A DNA stretch of 64,000 nt. Source: a candidate division FCPU426 bacterium (GTDB lineage Bacteria > Oederibacteriota > Muellerivitia > Muellerivitales > Muellerivitaceae). This document shows positions 11,084 to 23,860 of this stretch, piece after piece (the first letter of the stretch is position 1; every line of letters starts with the position of its first letter). The notes beneath the pieces are model-generated. The model was not told the DNA's origin. It was given only the letters and a program-made list of their open reading frames with translations, and made no database searches. Both the position numbers and the translations under genes were made by a program. The stretch covers positions 64,001 through 128,000 of the forward strand of contig CAWHOE010000006.1 in the NCBI GenBank assembly GCA_963830915.1. The letters are read 5' to 3'.

Positions 11084-14000
11084 TTATCGAACGACCAGAA
11101 GCTTACAGACTTGTCGCCCGGCGAAACCGCCGCTTTCGTCAGTCAGATCCACAACACCGAAGTATATCCCCGAAGCGACTCCTGTCATGTTCACCTTGGC
11201 CGCGTTGCTGTTGGGAGGCCCCTGGGTCGTTTTGCCATCCAATAGTTCCCCAGCCACATCATAGATCCTCACCTTGAGGGTGTAATTATCCGATGAATTC
11301 ATCACGAATGTCGTTGTCATAGACCCTTGGGTCAGAAGGTTCGGCAGGGCGGTCACTTTTCCATCCGTAAAAGCCTGATCCCCTGCCTTGACAAGCAATC
11401 CCCGGCTGACGACCGCCTCGCCGCCTTTCCCATCCTGCCAATGAAGTTCCACCAGATAGTATCCGTTGGACACGATAGCTCCATTGTCGTTCTTTCCGTC
11501 CCAAACCAGATCCAACCCACTGTCGGTGGTGATATGCACCTGATTGGAGCCGGTCAAGGTTGGAGTAGCGCTTAGAGTTGGACTGATCACGTTGGTCGAA
11601 AGGGTCATGTTTGAAAGGGATAGGTCGCTTGGATCGTCCACGTAAGTCATGAGGGTCCGGACGATCTCGCCAGCGGCGTTATAGATATAGACCTGCGCCT
11701 TGGCCAGGGAACGACTGACCGTGACGTTTTGGGTCACGCTGGTCACCACGCCGTAAGGATCCACGTTGTCCACTTTCACGTAGTAAACCCCGTTGGTGAC
11801 AGGGGTCCCGATCCCGTTGGTCCCGTCCCAGGTCGCGATCTGGGTTCCTTTGTACATGATATATACCTGACCATGAAGACTGGTGATGGTCGGGTTCGCG
11901 GATAGGGAGAAGTCTGTGATCGCCTCGGACAATCGCTGCACCCAGATCTCCTTGATCAATTCCCCCGCCTCGTTATAGACCCCCACATGCACCGTGTAAG
12001 CCGTCGCCATCGTGACATTGACAAAGGTCGTCTTAGGCGTCAACAAACCGGTGTAAGTCAAGGACGCGTGATTGCTCAATACAGTTCCCTGAGGGACGTA
12101 TTCGCTTACCTGCGCCTGATAAGTGAAAGTGACAATTCCCGGCGATAAGGAGGGAAAGGTCCAAACTAAGGTCCCCCCAGCTTCCGTGACCGCTGTCCCT
12201 CCGGATGGGACCGCCCCGAAACCGACAAAACTTAAATAAGAAGGAAGAACGTCGGTTACGGCCACTGAGGTGGCTGTGTCCGTTGTGTCGTTCAAGGAGA
12301 TGGTGTAGGTCAGAACATCCCCTCCCTTTGCGACCGGTTCGGATACCGATTTGGCGATATCCATATTGGGTGTTGTGGTGTTGGTAAAGGTCGGCGTCTG
12401 GGTCACCGTGGCGGTATTGGTTGGTGTGGTCGTATCCGTGATGGTCATGGTCGAAGTATCGGTTGGCGTATTGGTGGGAGTGGCCGTGATGGTGAAAGTT
12501 GCGCTATTGGTGGGTGTATTGGAGGGGGTGAAGGTATCCGTTACCGTGGCGGTATTCGTCAAGGTGGCGGTAAGGGTTGAGGTATCGGTGTTGGTCGGGG
12601 TATCGGTAATAGTCGGTGTAGCCGTATTGGTCGGCGTATTGGTGAGTGTATAAGTATAGGTGATCGTTGGACTATTGGTCGGGGTTGCTGTCGAGGTTGA
12701 ACTATTCGTATTGGTCGGGGTGTCGGTGGATGGTGGTGTAACTGTATTGGTCGGGGTATTGGTCAGCGTATAAGTGTTGGTGACTGTGGGACTATTGGTT
12801 GGAGTAGCCGTAGGGGATGGAGTATTCGTGTTGGTCGGGGTATTGGTCATCGTTGGGGTAGCGGTATTCGTTGGCGTATTGGTAGGTGTCGGGGTGGCCG
12901 TGTTGGTATTCGTATTGGTGGGGGTATTCGTAGGGGTGTTGGTTGGGGTATTGGTATTGGTCGGCGTGTTGGTAGCCGTATTGGTAGGAGTGATGGTCGA
13001 GGTGTTCGTGGGAGTATTGGTGGGTGTATTGGTATAGGTGTTAACAGGGGTTGGGGTCGGGGTAGGACTGGGACAACTTCCGGTCCATTGAAAATAATAG
13101 AAATTAGAGTAGGGGCTGTAATTGCACTGTTCATAACCCATCAGATCACCTGAGCAACTCGTGGCCGTGAATGTCGCCGCGGCCGACGCCGAGGCTAACC
13201 CAGCCTGGGTCGTGCTGAAATAAACCGTATATTGACAGGTATTGCTGACCGCCACCTGGACCCAAAAAGGGACATTCGGGATCGGAATTTGGCTTCCCAC
13301 ATTCACGCTTTGGGTCGAACCACTGATGGGTGTCCAGATCAATTGGCTGTTAGGGGGATTCCCCGAGAAAACCAGTGAATTTCCCACTCCAGCGGCCCGG
13401 TTGTAATTGAACACCAAACCATCACTGGTTTGGTTATAAGTGGTCGTGCTTAATTCTTCCTGCAATGTGCCGGGCCCGCTGGCGACCTGGGCGTTTAGAA
13501 GGACCGCGCAACCGCTGGTCCCGCTCATCCCGCCCGCACGGGTCAGATATCCCCCGCTCTGCACCCAGTTCGTGGCCTGGGTGATAGGGTTATCGCCCAC
13601 GATCCATCCCGGTGGAGGACCGGTGAAGTTACCGGTACCGTGGTTCACCGTGATGGAACATTGAACCGTCGAGTTACAGATGACCTGAGCCCCGAGAACC
13701 TGCTGCCAATAAGTCGATTTGGTGGCACCGGTCCCATTCTCCATACCCCATTCCATCTGGGTAGCGCCTGGCGGGAATATGGAGACCGGATAATCGACAT
13801 TGGGATAATAGTTACGGAGTTTGGCGACCAGATCGGGTCCGACATAGGCGCTCAAGATATAATTAGGCCCGCTCCATAGGGGAGCTCCAGCCGGGAATCC
13901 ATATGGGTTGATGACATCATTAGCCTGGTTGTCCCCTTGACTACCATTGCCCCCGATGGCGGAAAAGCGAACGATCGGATTGGAAGGACAGCTGATACCC

Positions 14001-14722
14001 GCGCAGGTCCAATCCATCTGGGAATCAGGCGGCACGGCACCGTAAACCACCATATCATTTTCCTCGATATGCCAGACATTGTTCCCGTCGTTGACCACTA
14101 CCGCGTTATTCGTCGTCTCGGCCGGATTAGTGTAAAGCAACATGATCGACCAGGACCCACTTGTTCCCCCACAGGAATAACCGGGAATGGAAAAACTGGC
14201 CGCATAAGTGGTTTGGCTCGCGTTGACATTCATCGAAGCGAACATACTTGGGCTCAAACTGGCTCTGCCGCTCACCCAAGTATTGTTCGTGATATCGCTG
14301 ACTGGGGCTCCCGCGGGTGTGAGCGGAAGACCAGCGTTCCCATTGAAATTGGCCGTCCCGCTGATGGGGGGCTGATTGACACTGCCGGCCACAGCTTCAA
14401 CCCACAGGAAACCCGTCACCGGTTGGGCTCCAGCCGGAAGGGTAACAGTCACCGGGTTTCCACATTGAGCGGTCGCCATAACGTAATCCAGGCCCGTCTC
14501 GCTGAAAACCGCTTCCTGCTGCATGGCATAGCTGCCGCCAATTTGCGTGGGCGCGCTGGAATTGCATTCGGATAATTGGGCCTGTGCCCTGGATGGAATA
14601 ACCAAAAGGGGAAGAAGAAAGAACGCATATATTAAAGAAGGGACTTTTATATTGACGGGGCTGGGACCGGTCCCAAATTGGATTCTTAGATCGTTTGGCC
14701 ACTGGCTCATTTGCCGGAACAC
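11084..14722 (-). CDS. Secreted DUF3344-like head + beta-sandwich + Thr/Pro stalk + DUF11 + three tandem FlgD-Ig/CTD-like domains
   Basis: Signal peptide ...[34 protein letters not shown] and [10 protein letters not shown]...VVNDG are DUF3344-like. Repeated YN(E/A)AGE...WDG...NG.Y motifs. Ends KLLVVR. Confidence 0.8.
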   Translation of the reverse strand: MFRQMSQWPNDLRIQFGTGPSPVNIKVPSLIYAFFLLPLLVIPSRAQAQLSECNSSAPTQIGGSYAMQQEAVFSETGLDYVMATAQCGNPVTVTLPAGAQPVTGFLWVEAVAGSVNQPPISGTANFNGNAGLPLTPAGAPVSDITNNTWVSGRASLSPSMFASMNVNASQTTYAASFSIPGYSCGGTSGSWSIMLLYTNPAETTNNAVVVNDGNNVWHIEENDMVVYGAVPPDSQMDWTCAGISCPSNPIVRFSAIGGNGSQGDNQANDVINPYGFPAGAPLWSGPNYILSAYVGPDLVAKLRNYYPNVDYPVSIFPPGATQMEWGMENGTGATKSTYWQQVLGAQVICNSTVQCSITVNHGTGNFTGPPPGWIVGDNPITQATNWVQSGGYLTRAGGMSGTSGCAVLLNAQVASGPGTLQEELSTTTYNQTSDGLVFNYNRAAGVGNSLVFSGNPPNSQLIWTPISGSTQSVNVGSQIPIPNVPFWVQVAVSNTCQYTVYFSTTQAGLASASAAATFTATSCSGDLMGYEQCNYSPYSNFYYFQWTGSCPSPTPTPTPVNTYTNTPTNTPTNTSTITPTNTATNTPTNTNTPTNTPTNTPTNTNTNTATPTPTNTPTNTATPTMTNTPTNTNTPSPTATPTNSPTVTNTYTLTNTPTNTVTPPSTDTPTNTNSSTSTATPTNSPTITYTYTLTNTPTNTATPTITDTPTNTDTSTLTATLTNTATVTDTFTPSNTPTNSATFTITATPTNTPTDTSTMTITDTTTPTNTATVTQTPTFTNTTTPNMDIAKSVSEPVAKGGDVLTYTISLNDTTDTATSVAVTDVLPSYLSFVGFGAVPSGGTAVTEAGGTLVWTFPSLSPGIVTFTYQAQVSEYVPQGTVLSNHASLTYTGLLTPKTTFVNVTMATAYTVHVGVYNEAGELIKEIWVQRLSEAITDFSLSANPTITSLHGQVYIMYKGTQIATWDGTNGIGTPVTNGVYYVKVDNVDPYGVVTSVTQNVTVSRSLAKAQVYIYNAAGEIVRTLMTYVDDPSDLSLSNMTLSTNVISPTLSATPTLTGSNQVHITTDSGLDLVWDGKNDNGAIVSNGYYLVELHWQDGKGGEAVVSRGLLVKAGDQAFTDGKVTALPNLLTQGSMTTTFVMNSSDNYTLKVRIYDVAGELLDGKTTQGPPNSNAAKVNMTGVASGIYFGVVDLTDESGGFAGRQVCKLLVVR

Positions 14723-14801
14723 CTTTGTTCGGTATCACAACTTCCAAGAGAATTTGGATCTGGACCTTTGTGGCCCAATTCTTATTCAAAAGACATTATA
14801 A

Positions 14802-14855
14802 TTAAAACGTTTTAGTATTTAATATCAAAATTACCACTTTTTAAGGTTTCGTCAA
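14802..14855 (-). promoter_or_regulatory. Sigma70-type promoter with palindromic operator, homologous to 10956-11014
   Basis: Minus strand reads TTGACG-N16-TAATTT with TGG before the -10. Perfect palindrome TAAAACGTTTTA at 14803-14814. Confidence 0.6.
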
Positions 14856-14917
14856 GCCAAAGGAAGATTAAATCTTAAAAGGGATTGAAATGTTCTCACC
14901 GTTTTTTGTTACGGGGA

Positions 14918-17900
14918 TTATCGCACGACCAGGAGTTTGCAAGTCTGTCGTCCCGCTTGTCCGCCGCTGGCGTCGGTAAGTTCCACGATCCCGAAGTATA
15001 TCCCGGAAGCGACCCCGCCCATGTCCACCGTGACGCTATTGCTGTTCAAGTCTCCCCGGGTCACCTTACTGACCAACAACTCACCCGCCATGTCATAGAC
15101 CCAGACCTTCAGGGTGTAAGCGCTGCTGGAATTCATAACGAAAGTGGTCTTAGTGGAGCCTTTGGTCAACACGTTGGGTTGGGCCGTCACTTTACCATTC
15201 GCGAAGGACTGGTTACCCGCCTGTACCAGGATGCCTCGGGTGATGACCACATCGTTACCCTTGCCGTCCTGCCAGTGGATCTCGACCTGGTAATAACCGT
15301 TCGAAACGATAGCTCCGTTGTCATTTTTTCCGTCCCAGATCAGGTTCATTCCCGTGTCCGTGGTGATATGCACCAGGTTGGTACTGCCTGTGGTCGGGGT
15401 GCCGCTCAAGGTGGGGCTGATCACGCTGGTCGACAGGCTTACGTTCGAGAGCGATATATTGTTCGGGTCATCCACATAGGAGGTCAGCCGGCGCACGATC
15501 TCACCCGCCTCGTTGTAGATGTAAACCTGTACCTTCGCCAGCGACCGGCTAACCGTCACCAATTGGGTGATGCTGGTCACCACCCCGAACGGATCCACGT
15601 TATCCACCTTCACATAATAATCCCCGTTCGTGACCGGATCATTGGCGTTGTTGGTCCCATCCCAAGTCGCGATCTGGATACCTTTGTACTCGATATAAAC
15701 CTGGCCGTGCAGGCTGGTGATGGTCGGTGTGGCGAAAATACCGAAGTCCGTGATCGCCTCCGACAACCTCTGCACTGATATCTCCTTGATCAATTCCCCC
15801 GCCTCATTGTAGACCCCGATATGCACCGTGTAGGCCGTGGCCATGGTCACGTAAACGAAGGTCGTCTTGGGCGTTGCCAATCCCGCGTACATGAGGGAAG
15901 CGTTGTTATTCAACACCGCCCCCTGGGGAACGTAGGCGGCCACCTGTGCCTGATAGGTGAAGCTGTAGATCCCCGGCCCCAGGGACGGGAAATTCCACAC
16001 CAATTGGTTGCCGGTCACCGGTATGGTGGTTCCACCCGCCGGCACGGCGCCATAACTGACGAACGTCAGGTTAGGGGGCAGCACATCCGTTACCGCCACC
16101 GAGTTGGCCGTTCCTGTTGTGTCGTCCAGGGTGATGGTATAGGTCAGGATATCCCCCGCCTTGGCCACCGTTTCCGATACGGTCTTGGCGATATTCACAT
16201 TGGGCGTCGGCGTGAAGGTAAAGGTGGGGGTATAAGTCGCCGTTGGGGTGTAGGTACTGGTCGGGGTCCATGTCGAGGTCGCCGTGTTGGTGTTGGTAGG
16301 CGTATTGGTCCGGGTATTGGTGTTGGTAGCGGTAGGGGTCACCGTCGCGGTCTGGCTATTGGTGTAGGTGTTGGTAACTGTCGCTGTGTTCGTATCCGTA
16401 AAGGTTGGGGTGACCGTATTGGTATTGGTAGGCGTGGGAGTCGCTGTCCTGGTGTTGGTCGGTGTTGCCGTATTGGTGACGGTCGCAGTATTGGTGGAGG
16501 TATTGAGAGTAGTGTTGGTGAATGTATTGGTCACAGTAGCGGTATTTGTATTGGTGGCAGTTGGGGTCACCGTATTGGTATCAGTCGGGGTGGGTGTCGG
16601 GGTCTTGGTGTTGGTATTGGTGGCCGTATTGGTCGGGGTAGGCGTATTGGTTACAGTCGGGGTATTGGTGTAAGTATTGACCGGGGTAAGGGTATAGGTG
16701 TTGGTATTGGTGGGAGTGTTGGTCAAGGTAGCTGTTGGGGTATTGGTGTTTGTGTTGGTGGGAGTTGGAGTTGGGGTAACCGTGTTAGTGTTTGTCGGGG
16801 TATTGGTCACGGTATCCGTATTGGTCGGCGTAGAGGTCGGAGTTTTGGTATTGGTATTGGTAGGTGTGTTGGTAGGAGTGGGTGTATTGGTTGGCGTGGC
16901 GGTATTGGTGTTGGTCGGGGTATTGGTAAATGTATTGGTCGGTGGCACGGTACCAGTAGGGGTATTGGTCGGGGTGTTGGTCACAGTATTCGTGTTGGTA
17001 GGTGTATTGGTCGGCGTATTAGTGGGAGTCACAGTTTTGGTGTTGGTATTGGTAGGCGTATTTGTGGGTGTCGGGGTTGGGGTGTTCGTATTGGTATTAG
17101 TGGGAGTGGCGGTTGGGGTTGGCGTGTTGGTATTGGTTGGGGTATTGGTGGGGGTAGGAGTTGGCGTGTTGGTGTTGGTGTTGGTAGGAGTCGGTGTAGG
17201 GGTTTTCGTGTTCGTATTAGTGGGCGTATTAGTCGGTGTTGGGGTTGGTGTATTCGTATTGGTGTTGGTTGGGGTGGGAGTGGGCGTTGGCGTGTTCGTA
17301 TTGGTTGGAGTATTCGTGGGTGTCGGGGTATTGGTATTCGTGTTGGTATTAGTGGGGGTTACTGTCGGGGTATTAGTAGGAGTATTGGTCGGTGTGTTGG
17401 TATTCGTGGGGGTGTTCGTCGGAGTCCGCGTGGGTGTATTCGTTGGAGTATTGGTATTTGTAGGGGTATTAGTGGGAGTATTGGTAGGAGTGTTGGTTGG
17501 GGTATTGGTGGGAGTAGGGGTAACCACATTGCAAACACCCGTGAACTGGAAAGATTGGTAACTTGCGATTTGGGAATTATAAGCAGTAAAACCCATATAA
17601 CCAGCGCAACCACCACCAGTGTAAGTGGCTAACGTAGGGAAAGGGCCAGCGGAGCTAGTGCCCAAACCAACTGTATAATTGCAGGAACTATCGACGATCA
17701 CTTGGACATAAACCGGACAAGCGCAAAGTGTGGTCGCGTTCGAAAGTGGCGTGGAAGTGACTGTAACGGGAATGCCTGAAGTGTAGTGAACGAAATTGAT
17801 CATACTCCCATGATTGGAACACCCATCATTATAAAAATCGATACCGTAGCCATTGCCCGTAGTAGGATCCATTCCCAGGACAATCCCGTTGTAAAGCGAA

Positions 17901-19180
17901 CCGTTCCCTCCCCCCCCCATACACATGGAAACCAAAAGGGTACCAGGCGCCGCCGGTACGGTGTTATTCAATAAATAATTATAGGTCGGGGCCACACCGC
18001 TCCCGTTCTGGTAATAAAGGGACCCGCCGCTTTCCACCCAATTACCCTCGCCCCACGGCACCTGGCCGATCTCCCAGCCTGAAGGAGGTGCTGGCAGGCT
18101 TTGATTGAAGACATTGGTCACGGAACATTGCGAAACCGGATTGCATTGGTACTGGGCCACCAACGCCTGTTGCCAAAAACTGGCCTTGGCGTTCTGGATG
18201 TTCATGAAAAATCCCCACTCCATGCTAGTGGCCCCGCTCTGGAAATTACCTAGATTGTAGGTACGGTCGTGATCCCCTGGAATGCCCTTCCCTCCGCAAT
18301 TAAGAACACCAGGAGGACCACTCCATAAGGTCGGAGTGCCATTCTGGGTGCCGCCAGAATTGGTCGTGACCCCGCCTGATCCATATTGCTCGATCTGGTC
18401 CTCATCCCCATCAATGGAACCGTCGTTACAGTTGTTCCTGCCTCCTACGGCCGAGAATTTCAGGTTGGAACTGGAACAAGACATACCCAAACAGTTCCAG
18501 TTCAACTGAGAGTCTGGTGGAGCCACTCCGTTACCCGGGATGATCTGGTTATTTTCTTCCACATGCCAGGCGTTATTTCCGTCCGAGATCACCACCGCGT
18601 TATTACTGGTCTGGGATGGGTCGATGTAAAGCACCATGACTGATTGACCGGCACAGCCGCCCACTTCACTCGTGGAAATGGTGTCGCTGTTTGCGCCGGC
18701 CGTAAACCATCCGGGACTCAAGCTATATCTCATGTCGTACATGATGTTTTGGAAAACGGTCCAAGTAACGGGTGGTCCGACCTCAACTCCAGCCGGGGAT
18801 GCGTTGCCGGAAAAGTTGATGGCGCTATAATTAGGTCCGCCCGAATTACCGCCGATGTCATATTCCACGTACGCAAATGCCGTCACAGGTATAGCTCCCG
18901 GAGGCAAAGTATAGGTCAGGGGTTGTCCGCATTCTCCACCCGCGACTATGTAATCCAACCCCACACCCTCAGCGACCAAATTATTTTCTTGGCTTTGGGA
19001 ATAACCAGGCGAAGGACTACCAGCCGGACAGGTCGTCCAGGAAACTTGAGCTAGGGACAAAGTGGGTAAAAGGAACACGCAAAGAAACAAAAAGAGTTTT
19101 TTACTCTGGTCAAATGTACCAAAGTAGCAATTGGTTAAAATCGTTTTAAGGTTAAGACAACTATTTGTCATTTCATTCAT
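14918..19180 (-). CDS. Paralog of 11084-14722 with a longer (~440-aa) Thr/Pro/Asn stalk
   Basis: Same domain order and a closely similar C-terminal ~420 aa (NIAKTVSE...[10 protein letters not shown]). Signal peptide [18 protein letters not shown]; exact start uncertain. Confidence 0.8.
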   Translation of the reverse strand: MNEMTNSCLNLKTILTNCYFGTFDQSKKLFLFLCVFLLPTLSLAQVSWTTCPAGSPSPGYSQSQENNLVAEGVGLDYIVAGGECGQPLTYTLPPGAIPVTAFAYVEYDIGGNSGGPNYSAINFSGNASPAGVEVGPPVTWTVFQNIMYDMRYSLSPGWFTAGANSDTISTSEVGGCAGQSVMVLYIDPSQTSNNAVVISDGNNAWHVEENNQIIPGNGVAPPDSQLNWNCLGMSCSSSNLKFSAVGGRNNCNDGSIDGDEDQIEQYGSGGVTTNSGGTQNGTPTLWSGPPGVLNCGGKGIPGDHDRTYNLGNFQSGATSMEWGFFMNIQNAKASFWQQALVAQYQCNPVSQCSVTNVFNQSLPAPPSGWEIGQVPWGEGNWVESGGSLYYQNGSGVAPTYNYLLNNTVPAAPGTLLVSMCMGGGGNGSLYNGIVLGMDPTTGNGYGIDFYNDGCSNHGSMINFVHYTSGIPVTVTSTPLSNATTLCACPVYVQVIVDSSCNYTVGLGTSSAGPFPTLATYTGGGCAGYMGFTAYNSQIASYQSFQFTGVCNVVTPTPTNTPTNTPTNTPTNTPTNTNTPTNTPTRTPTNTPTNTNTPTNTPTNTPTVTPTNTNTNTNTPTPTNTPTNTNTPTPTPTPTNTNTNTPTPTPTNTPTNTNTKTPTPTPTNTNTNTPTPTPTNTPTNTNTPTPTATPTNTNTNTPTPTPTNTPTNTNTKTVTPTNTPTNTPTNTNTVTNTPTNTPTGTVPPTNTFTNTPTNTNTATPTNTPTPTNTPTNTNTKTPTSTPTNTDTVTNTPTNTNTVTPTPTPTNTNTNTPTATLTNTPTNTNTYTLTPVNTYTNTPTVTNTPTPTNTATNTNTKTPTPTPTDTNTVTPTATNTNTATVTNTFTNTTLNTSTNTATVTNTATPTNTRTATPTPTNTNTVTPTFTDTNTATVTNTYTNSQTATVTPTATNTNTRTNTPTNTNTATSTWTPTSTYTPTATYTPTFTFTPTPNVNIAKTVSETVAKAGDILTYTITLDDTTGTANSVAVTDVLPPNLTFVSYGAVPAGGTTIPVTGNQLVWNFPSLGPGIYSFTYQAQVAAYVPQGAVLNNNASLMYAGLATPKTTFVYVTMATAYTVHIGVYNEAGELIKEISVQRLSEAITDFGIFATPTITSLHGQVYIEYKGIQIATWDGTNNANDPVTNGDYYVKVDNVDPFGVVTSITQLVTVSRSLAKVQVYIYNEAGEIVRRLTSYVDDPNNISLSNVSLSTSVISPTLSGTPTTGSTNLVHITTDTGMNLIWDGKNDNGAIVSNGYYQVEIHWQDGKGNDVVITRGILVQAGNQSFANGKVTAQPNVLTKGSTKTTFVMNSSSAYTLKVWVYDMAGELLVSKVTRGDLNSNSVTVDMGGVASGIYFGIVELTDASGGQAGRQTCKLLVVR

Positions 19181-19423
19181 CCGCGTTTTTTATCTATTAA
19201 AAACTGTTTAATCGTTAAAGTTTTGTCGGTTTTGTAGGCTGGCAGGCCTGTGTGGTCAATTAAATTTTAACACTCCTGACAGTAAAAAATACACTCAATT
19301 TCAAGTATTTAACGTTAATAAACGTCGTTTAACCTTAACTATTTCACCCTTCAAATAGCAGGCTTTCCAATGGTTTCCCCGTGATATGATTCAAGCTCAA
19401 AACCAAAAGGACCCCTTATCCCC

Positions 19424-20628
19424 ATGAAATTCTTGAAATGGACCGTTTCCTGGCGTTTTTCCTTTCAAATCTTGCCTATGCCGATTATGGCTGTCATTTC
19501 GTTTTGAACTCCCGGTTGGAAACCCCCTTGAACGCCGCTGGAAAAAAGATCGCTATCCGTTTTACCTGCCGCCAGGATATGTCGTTGATCGGTGTCTCAT
19601 TTTATTGTGAACAAGCTGTGATCCCGCCCGCCTACCAGGTTGAATTGCGGGAGGACATCAAAGGGATGCCTTCCACGGTCATCCTGGAATCCGCCAGCGT
19701 GACCCCCAAAGGAGGTTGCTGGAATACGGTTCCTTTCAACAACCTTTCCCTTTTTCCCGATAAGGTTTATCACATCGTCATTGAGCAGGACGCCACCCGG
19801 GGCGGACAGCATTTGGTCGGCATCATCGACTCCCAACATTTCGCCTCGATCGCTTATGGGGACCATCTCAATCCCTTCGATCCCACCGATGAGAAACCCG
19901 ATCCCCAACTCAATGTCATGACCTTTGACGGCGAGTCTTGGCAAACCCTGGACCGTCAACCCCTTTACGCTTTGCATGGGGCCGGTTCCAAGTACCAGGG
20001 TAATCCTTACGACAGTTTCGATGAGCTACCCATCCACGGGAACGGGACCCCTCAAGACCGCTCCGATGATGTGCTTCGGGGAGCGGCCCTGCATCCCCAC
20101 AGCGGCCTCTCGGCGAAAGGTTTCGCGGTCCGCCTGCGCAAACAGGGCCGGCCTACCGCTCCCCTTAATTACCGCGTCTATGTCATCAACTTCCTTCAGC
20201 ATAAAACGACCCTGGCTTTCACCGGTCAAGCCCTCCAACCCGACCAAGTCACCGAATCCTTCCAGTGGGTGACCATCGGCATCCATAAAGAAGACCACGC
20301 CCAATCCTTCCCGCCCGAATGCCGTTATGTGGTTTTCCAGACTGATTCGGGCCGGCCTGTTTCTCAAGCCCCCGGCTGTGAGGATTGTTATGTCCTGTCC
20401 GAGGTCGGTAATTCGGGGGGACTCGCCGAGGCCGCCGACATGAGCTTTGACAGTGGGGCCCATCGTTCCCGTGAGACCTTTTCTGTCGATGGGGGAACCA
20501 CCTGGATTGATCGATTCGAGAGGGACGCCAACGTGGTCATCATTGGGGACTTGGGAGCGACCGGTGAATCCCCGGCCTTGGGCGATATCCCAACTCCCGA
20601 ACCCTGGTACCGGGACTTGTTGCCATGA
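19424..20628 (+). CDS. Secreted hypothetical protein, probably two beta-sandwich modules; probable one-base deletion at about 19446
   Basis: ORF 19438-20628. Adding one T to the run near 19446 joins ATG 19424 and gives the clean signal peptide MKFLKWTVFLAFFLSNLAYA. Confidence 0.65.
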
Positions 20629-21869
20629 ACCAGATCAAGAAACTCAGGATCAACTTGAAATATTTTTTCCTTCTCCTGATTTTTATTCCCTCCTACTTCC
20701 CGCTTTTCGGCGAACAGATCATGGATAGTGTGGACCCTTTATCCGTAGATATATTCACGGCTCATGAAAGATTACGGAACGGTTTTCCCAAGGACGCCTT
20801 GGAAGCGCAGCAGAATGCCGTCAAGGCCCAGGAATATCGGGATGGTTCCACCCATCCATCTGCGGCTCCCCTTTTGAACAATTTGGCGACTTTGGACCGA
20901 TGCCTGGCGCGTTACACCGACGCCGAATCCGCTTTGAAATGGGCCTTGGCCATCCGAGAAAAAGCCTATGGCCCGGATGATCCCTTGGTGGCCCAATCCC
21001 TGCACCAACTTTCTTCCCTTTATCTGGATTGGGGCCATTGGGAAGAGAGTGAATTTTATGAAAAAAGGGCTCTTTCTATCCTTCGTGAAAACCTGTCCCA
21101 TCGATCCCTATTCAGCGGATGGATTCCCGACCTGAAAAAGTTATTGAAACCATTGACACCAAAATCAAAAACGACGGGGGAAGTTTCAACCGATCCTCTC
21201 CCTCTTTCCCAAGCGTTCCGTCTCATGGGAGAGGTAGAGATGAGACAGGAAAGATATAGTGAGTCTCTTATGGATCTCAAAAGAAGCCTTGAAGCGGAAA
21301 CTAAAGAACTGAATCCCTCCCAGGCCGATCATATTCATACTTTGGATCTGATGGCCTCCGTCTATCTGTCCCTCAAAAATACCATCGACGCCCGTTCCTG
21401 CCTGGAAGATGCTTTGAAAATAGCCCAAGCCCATTTCAAGAGCAATGCGGTGGAAGTGGGCGATGGATGGGAACGATTGGGTGCCTTTGATCTGTCCCAA
21501 CACCACCCCGAGAAATCCAAGCCCTCCCTCAATTCGGCCTTAGCCATTTATGGGAGTAACGTTGGGTCCTATTTCGGTTATTCAGCCCTTCCCTATGTTC
21601 AAAAGCTGGCGGAGGCCGATCTGCTCCAGGGTCAATATCTAGCGGCCCAGGACCTATTGAAAAAATACCTGGAAACGGCCAAACAAGTCTATGGGACCGT
21701 TCACCCGTCAGTAGTGGTGGGATTATTCGATCTTTCCCAAGCGGAGGATGGTTTGGGCCAAAAGGAAGATGCGCAGAAGTCCCTCCAACAAGCCCTGGAG
21801 ATCGCTCACTCCCTTTACCGGGACGACTATTTCCTCGTTCAAAAGATCCAGAAAAGGATCCAGCCATGA
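20625..21869 (+). CDS. Tetratricopeptide-repeat protein (kinesin-light-chain-type TPR) with N-terminal signal/anchor
   Basis: LLNNLATL...AESALKWALAIREKAYGPDDPLVAQSLHQL repeats. ATGA overlap with the upstream gene. Confidence 0.85.
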   Translation: MNQIKKLRINLKYFFLLLIFIPSYFPLFGEQIMDSVDPLSVDIFTAHERLRNGFPKDALEAQQNAVKAQEYRDGSTHPSAAPLLNNLATLDRCLARYTDAESALKWALAIREKAYGPDDPLVAQSLHQLSSLYLDWGHWEESEFYEKRALSILRENLSHRSLFSGWIPDLKKLLKPLTPKSKTTGEVSTDPLPLSQAFRLMGEVEMRQERYSESLMDLKRSLEAETKELNPSQADHIHTLDLMASVYLSLKNTIDARSCLEDALKIAQAHFKSNAVEVGDGWERLGAFDLSQHHPEKSKPSLNSALAIYGSNVGSYFGYSALPYVQKLAEADLLQGQYLAAQDLLKKYLETAKQVYGTVHPSVVVGLFDLSQAEDGLGQKEDAQKSLQQALEIAHSLYRDDYFLVQKIQKRIQP

Positions 21870-21890
21870 TCGGTTCGAATACGGGAAATC

Positions 21891-23801
21891 ATGGCTGAGC
21901 CTACCCCGGCCCCTTCCCTTCCGAATGACACCCGTTTCTTCCTGTTAAACAACCCATGGCTTTATCCCCTCCTGGCCTGTTTCGTCGTTCTGATACTTTT
22001 TTCCCTTCGGAAAATCACCTCTTACGACCTGGGATTCCATCTCAAGACAGGCCAATGGATCCTCCAGCACTTCGCCTATCCACAAAAGGACACTTATACT
22101 TACACCCAGACAGACCGGGACTATCTGGACTCTAACGGCCTGTTCCAGATCCTGTTATTCTTTCTCTTCAAGACCTTCGGTTACTCCGCCCTGACCCTAC
22201 TTAACACCTGCCTGATAGGCTTGGTCTTTTGGCTGTTACTGTCCCGTCTCAAGATGACCCAAACACCGTCTTGGGTCCTTCCGACGCTATTCTTGACGGC
22301 CATCCTGACGATGGAAAGACGGTTCCTGGTCCGGCCCGAGATATTCTCATGGCTTTATTTGAGCGGCACCCTGTGGATCCTGGAAAATCGTTTCCGACGC
22401 ATGCGCAACCTGCTCTTCTTACTGCCCCTCATCCAGTTCTTTTGGGTCAATACGGAAGGACTTTTTATGCTGGGCTGGGCGGTCATGGCGGCCTATTGGA
22501 TAAGCGGCCGGGTCCACGAGAAAAGATTCGATCCCCTGTTGAGCCGTTATTTCCTACTATCAGTGGCCGCGGACCTGCTCAACCCCTATGGGATCCGCGG
22601 CTTCCTTTTCCCCTTCCGGCTATTGACCCGCCTTCAGGGATCGAACCTCTTCAAACAAGTGATCGGTGAATTCCGTACACCCTGGCAGTCCTTGACCGCG
22701 AACCAGGCTTTCGATTCCGAGATCCATCTCTATCTCTTTTTCGTCCTCTCCCTATTAACGGTCTTTCTCATCGCCATGACGTTTCGACAAAGAAAATTTC
22801 ACGAATTCCTTTTATTAGCCGTTTTTTTGGCCTTGGCCTGCGCGGCCATCCGGAATATCCCCCTGTTCATCCTCATCGCCATTCCCATCCTGTCTGCGTG
22901 TCTAGCGGATTGGAAAACGATCCACGGCCCAGTCTGGCTATCCGGTCTCAAATTGGCGGTCTTCCTTTTTCTTCTTATCTGTCTTTTAGGGACGCGGGTC
23001 GCCACCAACGCTTACTACATTACCGACCGCAGGAATGAGCGGATCGGTTGGGGGGTGGATGACCAAACCCTTCCTGTCAAAGCCGCCCAATACCTGGTCC
23101 AGAACCACTTGGATGGAAAAATGCTGAACGACCTGAATACCGGTGGATGGCTGGATTGGCAGGCGCCCCAGCCGACTTTCATCGATGGACGTCTGGAAGT
23201 TCCGGATGATTCCTTTTACCGTCAAACCATGGAGACTTTCAAACCAGGCGGGCTCATCCCCCTGCTGGCTATCACCCAAGCCGAGCTGGTGGTGATGGAA
23301 TACAACACCGCCATGTCCTGGGCGGACCAGTTGAACCGAACAAACAACTGGCGGTTGATCTATTTGGACGAATGTACGGCCATCTATGCCCGCGAGGATT
23401 ACGCCCCTCAGATCCCCATACTCTCTTTGACCGGGCTCTTGAGAAGCCGCCAGATCGCAGATCAGGACGATGCAACGGTCGAGGCCCAATTGCGGGGTCT
23501 CCCCTTGTCCAGGTTCGATTCTTGGCTGAATGGCTTTTACCAATCCCAGACCTACCAGATGGGGGATTTCAGCATGGGACTTTTCGCCCTAAGGACGAAA
23601 AATTACCAGGCCGCGAGGGACCTGTTCATGGAAGGTTTACGGGGAACGACCGGTGTCTATGGGGAAGTTTTCTTCAATTTGGCGGTTGCCAACCTGCGGT
23701 TGCAAAATTTCAGTTTGGGAAAATTGTGCCTGGACGATACCTTAGCGATAGATCCGCAGAATTCCTCGGCATTACAGATGAAAAAAAGCTTGAACCTGTA
23801 A
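21891..23801 (+). CDS. Polytopic membrane protein, GT-C-like (putative glycosyltransferase), with C-terminal TPR
   Basis: About 11 hydrophobic segments. Motifs DLGFHLKTG, RPEIFS, WVNTEG, NPYG and NDLNTGGWL...FIDGR match a widespread uncharacterised GT-C-like family. Confidence 0.65.
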   Translation: MAEPTPAPSLPNDTRFFLLNNPWLYPLLACFVVLILFSLRKITSYDLGFHLKTGQWILQHFAYPQKDTYTYTQTDRDYLDSNGLFQILLFFLFKTFGYSALTLLNTCLIGLVFWLLLSRLKMTQTPSWVLPTLFLTAILTMERRFLVRPEIFSWLYLSGTLWILENRFRRMRNLLFLLPLIQFFWVNTEGLFMLGWAVMAAYWISGRVHEKRFDPLLSRYFLLSVAADLLNPYGIRGFLFPFRLLTRLQGSNLFKQVIGEFRTPWQSLTANQAFDSEIHLYLFFVLSLLTVFLIAMTFRQRKFHEFLLLAVFLALACAAIRNIPLFILIAIPILSACLADWKTIHGPVWLSGLKLAVFLFLLICLLGTRVATNAYYITDRRNERIGWGVDDQTLPVKAAQYLVQNHLDGKMLNDLNTGGWLDWQAPQPTFIDGRLEVPDDSFYRQTMETFKPGGLIPLLAITQAELVVMEYNTAMSWADQLNRTNNWRLIYLDECTAIYAREDYAPQIPILSLTGLLRSRQIADQDDATVEAQLRGLPLSRFDSWLNGFYQSQTYQMGDFSMGLFALRTKNYQAARDLFMEGLRGTTGVYGEVFFNLAVANLRLQNFSLGKLCLDDTLAIDPQNSSALQMKKSLNL

Positions 23802-23860
23802 AACGCGAAGACGAAATCGGGGCATCTTGTTGAACCCTTTTACCGAATCTTCAACCTCAA

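Noticed and set aside
16200..17520. Ice-binding TxT beta-solenoid, or an N-glycosylation array
   Set aside because: Frequent Pro and the lack of a fixed coil period argue against a solenoid. Asn is mostly in N-T-P, N-T-N or N-T-A contexts, which are not N-x-S/T sequons.
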